In this document: positions 19,678 to 29,588 of the stretch, piece by piece
How positions within the stretch are numbered: the first letter of the stretch is position 1
How the letters are laid out: every line of letters begins with the position of its first letter
Source: Bacteriovoracaceae bacterium
GTDB lineage: Bacteria > Bdellovibrionota > Bacteriovoracia > Bacteriovoracales > Bacteriovoracaceae
Assembly: GCA_048270185.1 (NCBI GenBank)
Contig: JBLWTJ010000002.1
Span: 256,001 to 320,000 of the forward strand
Direction of reading: 5' to 3'
DNA length: 64,000 bases
Notes under the pieces: model-generated
What the model saw: the letters and a program-made list of their open reading frames with translations, nothing else
Databases searched by the model: none
What the model was told of the DNA's origin: nothing
Position numbers and translations under genes: made by a program

Positions 19678-20093
19678 TGAAATACCTTATCTTGCTATTT
19701 GTTTTTGTATCTTGTTCAAAAGAATTTATGATTCAGGAATCATCTAGTTTAGATAATTTCACTTGTCCTACTATCGACAACTGCCTTTCCTCTCGAGAGA
19801 AGAAGGCATCAAGCAGCTATATCATGCCCTTTAAAATGTTAGGTGAAGATGCAGCTGATAATATGGAAAAAATAAAAAAGGTACTCGTTAAAATTGGAGG
19901 CTTCCAAATTGAGAGAAATGATTCCTACCTCAAGGCCACTAATGAAGAAGTTCAGCTTGAATTCATCGCTAATCCAAACAAGAAATCAATTGAGGTACGC
20001 TCTCAAGTATTAAAGCAGAGCTTCTTCTCTTACGATCAAGGGCGCGGCCAGCTTGAAAAGGTTCGCTTTAACTTCTTTCAAGGTGACTTCTAG
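19677..20093 (+). CDS. lipoprotein, DUF1499-like
   Basis: lipobox FVSC; CP..DNCLSS and EVRS..D.G motifs. Confidence 0.55.
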   Translation: MKYLILLFVFVSCSKEFMIQESSSLDNFTCPTIDNCLSSREKKASSSYIMPFKMLGEDAADNMEKIKKVLVKIGGFQIERNDSYLKATNEEVQLEFIANPNKKSIEVRSQVLKQSFFSYDQGRGQLEKVRFNFFQGDF

Positions 20094-20143
20094 CCTTTTA
20101 TACCTAGTTAAAGACAAAGTTAAGATATGTTAAAATCTCATTA

Positions 20144-21235
20144 GTGAAGAGATTATTAATTCCCCTATTCCTACTTTTTTCGTCAACTACTTTTGCTGCC
20201 CTTGATACGGGTGATGGTAGTAATGGAAGTTGTGATGAAACAATTATCACTTCATCTGGTACGTGGAATTGTACGGATCTCACAATTAGTGCAACAGGGC
20301 TAACTGTAAACACAGCAGGTTCAACTCCTCTCATTATTAAAGTTCAAGGTGATGTCACAATTGATGGAACAATAACAATTACTCCCGGTACAACAGGTGG
20401 AAGTGCTATTGGTAATGAGGTTGTTCTCAATTCTGGTGGAATTGCAGGAGGAACAGCATTTTGTGATGCTTTTACTGCCGATATTATTGGAGGTGGTGGT
20501 GGTTCCGGTGGTGCTCACGCAACACTAGGTTCAGCAGGCTTTACTGGTTCAGACTCTGGTTCTCCAACTGTTGATAGCGACATTCCTGGAGCAGGAGCAA
20601 GTGCACCTTCAGTTACCTATGACTCTGCAATGACTCTTGAAACACAACTTCGAGGTGGTTCGAGTGGTGGTGCAGGAGGAACTGGTTGTATCGATGGTGG
20701 ATCAGAACCAGGTCTACCAGGCGGCGCAGGAGGTGGTGCCATTCAAATTACTTCAGGTGGAAATATCACTATCAGAGCAACAATAAGTGCTATTGGAAAC
20801 AATGGCCAAGGCGGTCCATCGGGTAATGGTGATGCCGGAGGATCAGGCGGCGGTGCCGGAGGTGTTATCTTTCTCCAAGCGGCCAATAATATCGTTATTA
20901 ATAATGCTAGTTTAGATGCACAAGGTGGAAGTGGCGGTGCCGGAGGTGGTTCTGAAGGTGGTGCTGGTGGTGCAGGAGCAGATGGAATTATACGTCTTGA
21001 TGATATTGACGGTTCAATTGAACAAATTGGAACTGTTAATATCTCACCTACTCCAACAACAGTTGCATTAGAAGCAGCTTCATTTGAAACATTAAATTCA
21101 GGAATTCAACCAGGTTGCGCAGTCAATAAAGATATGGCCACAGAGCAAAGTCAGATTATTGGTCTACTTATTCTTATGGCCGCTATGATTGGATTATATT
21201 TTAAAAAGCTCAAGAAAATCACTCGTACTTGGTAA
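20144..21235 (+). CDS. glycine-rich surface protein with C-terminal Cys-TM-basic sorting-like signal
   Basis: signal peptide; repeated GGxGGGAGG-I-x-L strands; ends PGC...IIGLLILMAAMIGLYFKKLKK. Confidence 0.75.
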   Translation: MKRLLIPLFLLFSSTTFAALDTGDGSNGSCDETIITSSGTWNCTDLTISATGLTVNTAGSTPLIIKVQGDVTIDGTITITPGTTGGSAIGNEVVLNSGGIAGGTAFCDAFTADIIGGGGGSGGAHATLGSAGFTGSDSGSPTVDSDIPGAGASAPSVTYDSAMTLETQLRGGSSGGAGGTGCIDGGSEPGLPGGAGGGAIQITSGGNITIRATISAIGNNGQGGPSGNGDAGGSGGGAGGVIFLQAANNIVINNASLDAQGGSGGAGGGSEGGAGGAGADGIIRLDDIDGSIEQIGTVNISPTPTTVALEAASFETLNSGIQPGCAVNKDMATEQSQIIGLLILMAAMIGLYFKKLKKITRTW

Positions 21236-23512
21236 CTCATCATCACCAATATCTTCAGTATTTCCATTACCTAACTGACCATAAGACCCATCACCAATAC
21301 ACTTAACAAGTCCCGCATCTGACGATAAGAAACATGTATGGTTCTGACCCGATACAGAAGAAGATACCTGTAGCCCGAGATCAATTGGTGCAACATTTGA
21401 AAGGTCTCCTTCAATACTATCTGTATTACCTTGTCCTAGTTTACCTTGAAGGCCATTCCCCCAACACTTAGCTTCACCTGCCTTTGAAATCGCACAACTC
21501 GTTACGTGACCTGCGTAAACATAAGCTGCTTCAAATCCAAGATCTACAATTGGTGCATTCTCTAGAGTTTCATCGTCACCAATTTTCTCTCCCGTTCCAT
21601 TTCCAAGTTGGCCATCAGAGTTTTGTCCAAAACAAACAACACTGTAGTCAGATTGAAGAGCACACGTATGAGTACCACCAGTTGTTACAGAAATAATTCC
21701 CTTAGGAGTAGCAGCAGCAACATCTGGAGTTAAGACAGAGTCTGTACTTCCAATTCCTAACTGTCCTTCAAAGTTTCGTCCCCAACACTTTAGGACTCCA
21801 CCAGAAAGAATTGCACAGGCATGATAAGAAATCGATGAAAGGTCCATTTGAATTGCTTTACCACCTAAATTAACAAGTGGAGCTGAAGACGCTGGTTCAT
21901 TATCTCCATAGACAACATTGTCTCCTGTTCCTAACTGACCGTATGTATTCATCCCCCAACATCTGACGTCACCAGAAGTTAGAAGAGCACAATTGTGATA
22001 AGTACCACCGTAAAGTTTACGAACGATACCACCTACATCTGTATATCCATACTCACTAAGAGCTTCATCATCACCCATACTTGCAGTTGTACCGATACCA
22101 AGCTGTCCTAGGTTATTACGCCCAAAACATTTTACTTTGTTCGACTCAGTTAAGATACACGTATGGAAAGCACCTGCAATAACTTGAAGAGCTAATTCAC
22201 CATTTAAATCAATAGCTGGAATTGAATCAATTGATTCATCATCACCTAGGGCTTCAGTATTACCTTGCCCAAGCTGTCCAAATGAATTATTTCCCCAACA
22301 CTTAACTTCACCATTGGCGATTAGTGCACAAGAGTGATTTGCACCAGCAGCAATCTGAATAACTTGTTTTGTTACTTTTGGTTTCTCACAGTATTGAACG
22401 GCGGCCGTTGAGAAAACACCGCGGTCATCATTCAGTGAAACAATATTTAACTCAGTATCATATGAGTACTGAACTTCACGCCCATCAACGAAAGTACGAA
22501 TTGTATTGGTATCAATATTTGTTACCTGAAGGTTGAAGTCATTAATTGGTTCAATACGAGTCATGGCAAGAATACCAAGTTTTGAAAGGCCGTTACCATA
22601 CTCACCAGTTGCCATATCAACATTGAATCCACCACCGAATTCAACGAATTCTTTATAACCGTAACCAATTTCATTTTCTCCACCAAATGGAATTGTGGCA
22701 GAGTTTGTATAGAGAACACCACCAGTAACAAGTGGTCTTTCAGTGTAGCGAGCTTTTAATTTATTATAAACACTTTGAGGTGTTACAAGTTGATCAGCGT
22801 TTGCATCACCACCAAAACATTCAACGATTCTTGAAGCATCTTCACTTCCCTGTGGATCAGGAACAGGAGTTACTTCATCAGGATAGATGGCACAAATATC
22901 TTGTTCATCGGCAACGAAGACAACAACAAGAGCTGCGTCTTCTCTAAAGAAGCCTTGTTCTTGAATGGCCGCGTAGTAATCATCATTAAGAGCACGGTTT
23001 AGTGAAGCAAGACCAGCTTCACCACCATCTGTACGGCCATCACCTGCAGGGTTTTCCATCTTTAAACGAAGGCCTGCTTTAATTTCATCAATTGATAATG
23101 AACTAGTTGAAAGAATTAAATCCTCAGTCGACTTCTTATATAGCTTCCCGAAATGAGAAGATGTCGAACCGTGTCCAAGCATAACAGCAATATTAACATT
23201 GGCCGATGATGGCAGAGCACCTAAGAAAGCATCAAAGCCTTCTGCTATTTGTGCACGCTCTTGAATAATCGAAGCCGATGTATCAGGGATAACAAGGATA
23301 TCGATATTTCGAGTAATGTCTTCTTCTCTAGGAGCATAGACGTCTTGATAACAAGCGACATCTAAATTTGGTAATGTCGGAAGCTCTGCTCCCGGAACAT
23401 TTACTAGATCCTCTAACTCTTCTTCCGGCACACATGACGAAACGAGAAGCCCAAATCCCAATAGGAATGCTAGTAGAAAATGTGAATGTGGCCTTTTACT
23501 TTCTCTCTTCAA
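21194..23512 (-). CDS. lipoprotein with vWA-like domain and RCC1 repeats
   Basis: lipobox VSSC; IDILVIPDTSAS (MIDAS-like) and VVFVADEQD; seven HxCA...VKCWG.N..GQLG repeats. Confidence 0.85.
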   Translation of the reverse strand: MKRESKRPHSHFLLAFLLGFGLLVSSCVPEEELEDLVNVPGAELPTLPNLDVACYQDVYAPREEDITRNIDILVIPDTSASIIQERAQIAEGFDAFLGALPSSANVNIAVMLGHGSTSSHFGKLYKKSTEDLILSTSSLSIDEIKAGLRLKMENPAGDGRTDGGEAGLASLNRALNDDYYAAIQEQGFFREDAALVVVFVADEQDICAIYPDEVTPVPDPQGSEDASRIVECFGGDANADQLVTPQSVYNKLKARYTERPLVTGGVLYTNSATIPFGGENEIGYGYKEFVEFGGGFNVDMATGEYGNGLSKLGILAMTRIEPINDFNLQVTNIDTNTIRTFVDGREVQYSYDTELNIVSLNDDRGVFSTAAVQYCEKPKVTKQVIQIAAGANHSCALIANGEVKCWGNNSFGQLGQGNTEALGDDESIDSIPAIDLNGELALQVIAGAFHTCILTESNKVKCFGRNNLGQLGIGTTASMGDDEALSEYGYTDVGGIVRKLYGGTYHNCALLTSGDVRCWGMNTYGQLGTGDNVVYGDNEPASSAPLVNLGGKAIQMDLSSISYHACAILSGGVLKCWGRNFEGQLGIGSTDSVLTPDVAAATPKGIISVTTGGTHTCALQSDYSVVCFGQNSDGQLGNGTGEKIGDDETLENAPIVDLGFEAAYVYAGHVTSCAISKAGEAKCWGNGLQGKLGQGNTDSIEGDLSNVAPIDLGLQVSSSVSGQNHTCFLSSDAGLVKCIGDGSYGQLGNGNTEDIGDDELPSTSDFLELFKI

Positions 23513-23555
23513 AACGCCCTCACGAGTTGGTATTACTAATTCAATTATAAACTCG

Positions 23556-23583
23556 TCATCGGCACATCTCAGAAATGGCCTAA
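23556..23583 (-). promoter_or_regulatory. putative sigma28 promoter of the vWA-RCC1 gene
   Basis: TTAG-N16-GCCGATGA. Confidence 0.5.
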
Positions 23584-23676
23584 CTTTAAAGAGATTTCAA
23601 TAGTTTAAATAATAATATGAAGATTATTGGGCCAAAAACATGGCCCAGAAAGTGGCCATTCAATAAAATATAATGA

Positions 23677-26532
23677 CTAGAGAGAGATCTGGAGCTTTAG
23701 CCCTAGACTCGAAGATTTTGATGAATCGGAAGTATTCTCAAGCGACTGGTACTTTAAACCGACTTCATACTTATCAGATAGTTTATAAGAGAGCTGCCCA
23801 TCAAGTCCCTTGTAATTCATAATGAAGTAACCTAATTGAAAATTAAATTCTCCAAAGTTAGCTCCGATATAAGGTGCAACATTAAAGAAGAACTCACTTG
23901 TTGATTCAACAACACTACCTGAGTAAGACAATTCGCTTCGATATTCGACTTGAAGAATTGAGCCATAACCAAAACGACCTTGGTTCTTCTTTGTCTTCAC
24001 TTGAAGACGTGTTCGGTTAAAGGCAATATCTTCAAACACAAGACCGGCACTATGAAGAACGCTGGCATCGATCTCGTATTCAGCTAACTTAATATTCTTT
24101 CCGACTTGGAATGAAATGAAATTCGTATCATCAACTTTCAGGTTTTTACCGCTACTAACTTTTTCATAAGTTGTCATCTCTGGTAAATAAGAGAAGTAAT
24201 ATGGTGACCTTTTCTTTTGCCCTTTTGGATCTGCAACTTTCGTCATGACAGGCTTTCTAACTTTTAAGACATCAATACGACGTTTTTTCGAATAAAGAAT
24301 ATCCCCTTTCTCAACAGCACGAACACGCCAATAGAAAGAATCATCAAGATTATTCTTAAAACGATAACTATTCTCTAACCCTAGAGGGATTTCTTTAATT
24401 TCTTTAAAGTACTTATCTTTTGAGATTTCAAGATAGAACTTATCTCCGCGAACTTTTTTAAAATTGAGTTCAACAACATTACCTTCTTTAATCTTTGTAC
24501 CGTGGCGCGGAGAAACTAAATCAACAGCATCCGCACCTCCAAATTTCTTTGTGATAATTAGATCTTCAACTTCAGAAAATGGGCTCTCTTGATTCCAATA
24601 ATCAATGGCAGCGACTCGCCACTGGAAGTGTCCAGTTGAATAGTCCTTCCAATAGAATTGATTAAGACCAACTTTTTCATCGAGAACGATCTTAGTTCCA
24701 TCAAGAATCTGAATGCGATATTCTTTAACATCATTCACCGCCTCCCAAGTCAATCTAACACTCTCTTGTGCCTGAGCAGGAGAAATCAGAAGATCAAGTA
24801 ATGACCATAATGGTGATAACTTATTTACTTCAACTCGTTTTTCAATCTTCTTAATCTTCGGTGATGCCGGCGGAGGTGGTGGCACAACAATAATTTTCAC
24901 AGGAGCAACAAATTTATTCTCTTCATTCTTAACGCGCCAATAGAATGTTCCAAGCTCTTTAACTAAGAATTTCGTATTATTACTATTTGCCTTAATCACT
25001 TCATTAAGATTCTCAAATTTTCGATCTCTTGCAATCTCTACGATAAAGTCTTCTTTGTCAGAAGCTCCTTGTCGCCAAGTGAGATCAATGACGTCTCCTG
25101 GTTTTTTAACGACAATTTTTCGCCCCTCTTTAAGAGCGCTATTATCGCGATCAAAAGTAACATTAAACTCATTCTCCTTTGACTTAGTGATGAGTTCATC
25201 ATTTAGGAAGTACTCAAGCGACCAAGTGTACTCACCTGTCTCTGTCACATCCATTGTGAACGAATTCCCTACAGTCGGATAGCGGTTATTGTTAATGACT
25301 ATATATGTTTTAACATCCGCGAAGAGATCTTGTGCCTGCCAGCTAAAGCGTATCTTATTAGGAGTGTAGAAATAGTACTCCTCTCCTTGAAATGGTCTTT
25401 TAAGTGTTATCTCACTTGGCGAACTAACTACTTTAATAAGAGCTTCTTTAGAATATAGTGCATAAGGATGCTCTTCAGACTTATTTCGATAAGATACTTT
25501 ATACTCACCAACTTCTTCAAAAGATAAGTTTAACTCTCCATCACTATAGTCAAAGTCAGTATACTCTCCTCCATTGACTTGAAGTTCAATCTCATCAAAT
25601 TTTTCAGTGTAAATTTTCTTGCTGCGATTAAGAAGAACAACATTTTCACTTTCACTGATATTTTCAAACTCAGGAACTCTTTCATAAATTACTTCAAATG
25701 ATTTATCACTTGAGATATTTAAGTCCTGACTCACTTGCCAGTAGTAGATTCCTTCTTTTAAATTCTTAACAGAAGTACTCTTCCCCTTAACATCAATAAC
25801 TTCACCATTTTCAAGTGCTGGCCTATTTGATGAAAGGTGGAGCTTTTCAACGGCTTCACTAAACTCAAAATTAATGACATTACTTTCATTTACATAAAAG
25901 ATCTTCCCATCAAGAGGAGTGAATTCTTCAGGCCAGCTCTTTTTGATCTCATAGCTATCATTTGTTAAAACGACTCGCACACCTTTGGAAATAGTCTCTT
26001 CAACATTTCCAAGTTTAACTTTTGCTTGTCCTTCTAAAACAGAAAGTTCTTTATTTCCATTTTCAGTTGAAATTTTAATCTTTGAATTATCAGATTTAAT
26101 TTCATAAATCTGATCGCCTACTTTTACGACAAAGGCTTCATTGGCATTATTTAACGTTGCAAAGACGACACCTTGCTCGATATTAAGATTGATCCCATCT
26201 GTTTCTTGTGTGATTTTAAAAAGGCTTTCTTCTGATACATTGATTTCATTACCAGAGCTAAACTTAAGCTTGGCCGTTGAGTCTTTATCAGTAAAGATAC
26301 GATCGTTATGAAAGAGTGCTTCTTTATTTCCAAGATCATGCCATGAGAAATTATCAAAGCTTCTTCGACGTACATCATTCTTAAGGTCAAAGACTTCACC
26401 AAGAGTAATTCTCTCCCCACCCATGATTGGAGGAATATAAGATGAATTAAAGACGTGGTTCCCCGCAAAGACTGCAACACACAGACAGATGAAGATTATG
26501 AATGTATCAACTAATGAATTTAGTCGCCCCAA
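23677..26532 (-). CDS. FecR-domain protein with multiple Ig/FN3-like modules and probable C-terminal beta-barrel
   Basis: N-terminal TM, DRIFT..DSTA.L.F..G..I.VSEESL (FecR), SVLEG.A.V; repeated YYW.V / FYWRV modules; beta-strand-rich C-terminus. Confidence 0.72.
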   Translation of the reverse strand: MGRLNSLVDTFIIFICLCVAVFAGNHVFNSSYIPPIMGGERITLGEVFDLKNDVRRRSFDNFSWHDLGNKEALFHNDRIFTDKDSTAKLKFSSGNEINVSEESLFKITQETDGINLNIEQGVVFATLNNANEAFVVKVGDQIYEIKSDNSKIKISTENGNKELSVLEGQAKVKLGNVEETISKGVRVVLTNDSYEIKKSWPEEFTPLDGKIFYVNESNVINFEFSEAVEKLHLSSNRPALENGEVIDVKGKSTSVKNLKEGIYYWQVSQDLNISSDKSFEVIYERVPEFENISESENVVLLNRSKKIYTEKFDEIELQVNGGEYTDFDYSDGELNLSFEEVGEYKVSYRNKSEEHPYALYSKEALIKVVSSPSEITLKRPFQGEEYYFYTPNKIRFSWQAQDLFADVKTYIVINNNRYPTVGNSFTMDVTETGEYTWSLEYFLNDELITKSKENEFNVTFDRDNSALKEGRKIVVKKPGDVIDLTWRQGASDKEDFIVEIARDRKFENLNEVIKANSNNTKFLVKELGTFYWRVKNEENKFVAPVKIIVVPPPPPASPKIKKIEKRVEVNKLSPLWSLLDLLISPAQAQESVRLTWEAVNDVKEYRIQILDGTKIVLDEKVGLNQFYWKDYSTGHFQWRVAAIDYWNQESPFSEVEDLIITKKFGGADAVDLVSPRHGTKIKEGNVVELNFKKVRGDKFYLEISKDKYFKEIKEIPLGLENSYRFKNNLDDSFYWRVRAVEKGDILYSKKRRIDVLKVRKPVMTKVADPKGQKKRSPYYFSYLPEMTTYEKVSSGKNLKVDDTNFISFQVGKNIKLAEYEIDASVLHSAGLVFEDIAFNRTRLQVKTKKNQGRFGYGSILQVEYRSELSYSGSVVESTSEFFFNVAPYIGANFGEFNFQLGYFIMNYKGLDGQLSYKLSDKYEVGLKYQSLENTSDSSKSSSLGLKLQISL

Positions 26533-26628
26533 AATTTATCCTGGTACTCTTTTCTCATTCTTGCACATGACGCAAATCGTTAATATCATTGTATCTAATA
26601 TTTCAATTGACTTCTACGTAGGTAAAAT

Positions 26629-28353
26629 ATGGGCAAAAAGCCGACATTTCCGATCAAGTTTAAATTAATTACGATTAATACGCTTCTGCTCATCGTGGTT
26701 ATTGTCTTTCTCACAAAGTACTCAACTCATCTGTTTGAGAAGGATAAGAAAGCTTATCTCTATGAAAACTCGCTCTTTAATGTCACGAGTGTGGCCAAGG
26801 AATTCAACTATACACTGACACGTGTAAAGACTGATTTACAAAATCTTGCTCTTATTAAGAATCGAAAACTAAAAGTGAAAGCGATCAGTGAAACAAAGTA
26901 TATCCTCGCCTATCGAGAGAAGAATGATTTTGTTATTAATCGCGACTTCGACAAGGATGAGAATAATTTTAAATTGGCCATTCCAAGTCTTGATCGTCCA
27001 GATCTAATTAAGACATTTAAGTTTGATAACGAAGACTACGCTGTCATTTCGGCCAAGGTCAAAAAAGAAATTGTGGCCATTGTTATTAAGGCCAATATTT
27101 TAAAGAACCTTCTGTCTCAGAATCGTACTTATAATACTGTCGTCTTAAAAGACGGTGAGATGATCTTAGGTAATGATCTAATCGGCCTTGCTTCTTATGA
27201 TAAGAACGAGTTTCAGGGAAATAATATTGTAAAGAAGGTAAGAATTAATAATGATGAATACTTAATTTCAATTGCTCAGACCAAGGCCTTTGGACTATCA
27301 ATCGTTTCAACGATATCTGAATCTGATGCCTTATCTGTTACAAAATTTCTGATTCAAAGAGCAATTTACTTTGCTATCTTCATCATTGCTTTATCGACTA
27401 TCATTATCGTCTTTCTCTCTCGTGGACTCTCTAAACCAATTGAAAAGCTTTATCAAAGAGCTCTTAGTATTGGTCAAGGTGACTTTGAATCAACTGTTGA
27501 AATCAAGACCCGCGATGAGCTTGGAACTCTTGGTGATTCATTTAATCAAATGAGTCAGGACATTCTTCAGTATATTGATAAGATGAAAGAGAAAGCGCGA
27601 TTAGACGAGGAAGTAAAAGTTGCAAAGCTTGTTCAAGAAGAATTCTTTCCACCAAAAGATATAGAAAATGATAGTGTTTGTATTAGCTCTTACGCGGCTC
27701 CTGCTTCTGAGTGTGGTGGCGACTGGTGGGGACATTATGAATTTAACGAATATATTATTACCATCATTGCAGATGCCACTGGACACGGACTTCCGGCCGC
27801 TCTTTTAACTTCGGCCATTAACTCGGCTTTTAATAGTATTAAAATAAGACTTAATGAGGACCCAACTCAACTATCCCCTGCTCTCATTACCTCTCATTTA
27901 AATAAAGTAATTAATCTTTCAAATAACCAAATTCTTCTTACTGCCTTTATCTCTGTTTATAATACAAAGACAAAGGAGTATTCATACACCAATGCAAGTC
28001 ACTTAGAAGTTTTAAAAGTTCCTAAAAAAGACGAAATCACAAAAGCAGATATCCTCCCTCTTCTTGAAGCCAAAGGCCCAAGACTTGGAGACAAAGAGGA
28101 TTCAACTTATTCGTATGAAACGATTATTCTCGAACCAGGTGAGCTTTTAGTTTATATGACTGATGGTATTACTGAAGCGGAAAATACTGATGGCAAACAA
28201 TGGGGCCTAAGAAATCTCTTAAAAATACTAATGTCATATAGTAAACACACGAGCAAAGAAATTCGTGATACAATAGTTTCTGTTGTATACGATCACAGAG
28301 GAAGTGATTCATTTGATGATGACCTCACTCTCATTTGCTTGGAGATAAAGTAG
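26629..28353 (+). CDS. membrane-bound HAMP + SpoIIE/PP2C serine phosphatase (RsbU-like)
   Basis: 2 TM, HAMP (RDELG.L...FN.M), A..VQ, CGGDWW, IADATGHG, NASH, TDGITE, DDLT. Confidence 0.93.
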   Translation: MGKKPTFPIKFKLITINTLLLIVVIVFLTKYSTHLFEKDKKAYLYENSLFNVTSVAKEFNYTLTRVKTDLQNLALIKNRKLKVKAISETKYILAYREKNDFVINRDFDKDENNFKLAIPSLDRPDLIKTFKFDNEDYAVISAKVKKEIVAIVIKANILKNLLSQNRTYNTVVLKDGEMILGNDLIGLASYDKNEFQGNNIVKKVRINNDEYLISIAQTKAFGLSIVSTISESDALSVTKFLIQRAIYFAIFIIALSTIIIVFLSRGLSKPIEKLYQRALSIGQGDFESTVEIKTRDELGTLGDSFNQMSQDILQYIDKMKEKARLDEEVKVAKLVQEEFFPPKDIENDSVCISSYAAPASECGGDWWGHYEFNEYIITIIADATGHGLPAALLTSAINSAFNSIKIRLNEDPTQLSPALITSHLNKVINLSNNQILLTAFISVYNTKTKEYSYTNASHLEVLKVPKKDEITKADILPLLEAKGPRLGDKEDSTYSYETIILEPGELLVYMTDGITEAENTDGKQWGLRNLLKILMSYSKHTSKEIRDTIVSVVYDHRGSDSFDDDLTLICLEIK

Positions 28354-29114
28354 TGCATATGGGGATTAAGTTAGAAATACAAAATTCTGAATTTAAAGAA
28401 CTCGAAAAACTGCAACTTAGTTCGCCTAAGTTTGATTTAAAAATCAGTGATGAACTAAAGAGTGATAGTGATATTTTCGTTAGTCGCTATGATACACTTA
28501 TTAACCTTAAGTATCTTAAGGATAAGAAGACCAATCATATTATTGGCACCTCTCCTAGCATTGAAGATGAGCTAAAAAAAATCATAAGTTTTATCAATGA
28601 TCATAAGACAAATACAATTGAAGGCCGCATTGATGAGCATGGTTTTAAGACCGTTGAGATATCAAATGAGAGCGATTTCGATGCAAAGTACTTACAACTA
28701 GTTAAGGATATTGACCTCAATGGTTATCACGATAGTATCAATAATAAATTAAAATTAGTTACCAATGAATTCTATACAAATGACATTTTTCACCGTGTAA
28801 GTAATCAAAAATACGGAGAAATATCTATTTCGCAAAACTCAACGAAAATAATCGTAAATTACAAGAGTTATACTAATGTAGCAAAATCTCAAATTGTGGA
28901 CTCACTTTACCGAGCAGCAAAGGAGAAAACACCGAGACAAGAAGGACGCGGGGCCGGCCTTGGAATGTATATGATTCTAAAGAATTGCGATCGACTACAA
29001 ATCGTTGAAAGAAAAGATGTAACAGACTTCTACGTCTATTTTGAAATGAATAAAAGATATAAAGAGATGAGTAAGAGAATACCATCGATTAGTTTCTATA
29101 ATTTAAAGGATTAA
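28353..29114 (+). CDS. GHKL/HATPase-like protein (RsbW/anti-sigma-kinase-like, divergent)
   Basis: N-box-like VTNEFYTNDIF and G2-box GAGLGMYMI; lies between PP2C and STAS genes; GTG overlaps the upstream stop. Confidence 0.6.
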   Translation: MHMGIKLEIQNSEFKELEKLQLSSPKFDLKISDELKSDSDIFVSRYDTLINLKYLKDKKTNHIIGTSPSIEDELKKIISFINDHKTNTIEGRIDEHGFKTVEISNESDFDAKYLQLVKDIDLNGYHDSINNKLKLVTNEFYTNDIFHRVSNQKYGEISISQNSTKIIVNYKSYTNVAKSQIVDSLYRAAKEKTPRQEGRGAGLGMYMILKNCDRLQIVERKDVTDFYVYFEMNKRYKEMSKRIPSISFYNLKD

Positions 29115-29117
29115 AGA

Positions 29118-29576
29118 ATGAGTAACTTAAAGGTCGATATTAAGGCCGAAAACGATGAAACAATTTTAACACTAACTGGTCGAATTGATGAGGATGCAGA
29201 TCTATCTCCAATTCTCGATCACAAAGATAAGAACCTTCATATCAATTTCAATCACGTTGATATGATTAACTCTTGTGGAATCAGAGAGTGGATCAACATG
29301 CTTGATCAACTCAAAGGTAAAATTACTTATTCTCATTGCCCACAAGCTGTTATCGAGCAAGTGAATATGGTTCACGGTTTTATTAAACCGGGAATCAATG
29401 TTGAGAGCTTCTATGCTCCCTACTATGAAGAATCAAGTGATGACGTAAAAATGATGTTAATCAAAACTAGTGACGTCGTTGATAATAAAGCACCTGTACT
29501 TAAAAATGACGATGGTGAAGAACTTGAATTTGATGCTATTGAAGCTCAGTACTTTCAATTTATTAAACAAATGTAA
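29118..29576 (+). CDS. STAS-like (anti-anti-sigma) protein
   Basis: LTLTGRIDE, INFNHVDMINSCGIREW with the conserved phospho-Ser position. Confidence 0.75.
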   Translation: MSNLKVDIKAENDETILTLTGRIDEDADLSPILDHKDKNLHINFNHVDMINSCGIREWINMLDQLKGKITYSHCPQAVIEQVNMVHGFIKPGINVESFYAPYYEESSDDVKMMLIKTSDVVDNKAPVLKNDDGEELEFDAIEAQYFQFIKQM

Positions 29577-29588
29577 CGAAAGGCTATA

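Noticed and set aside
20480..20990. Gly-rich region as collagen-like or a DNA-level repeat
   Set aside because: Not Gly-X-Y periodic, and codons vary, so it is protein-level low complexity only
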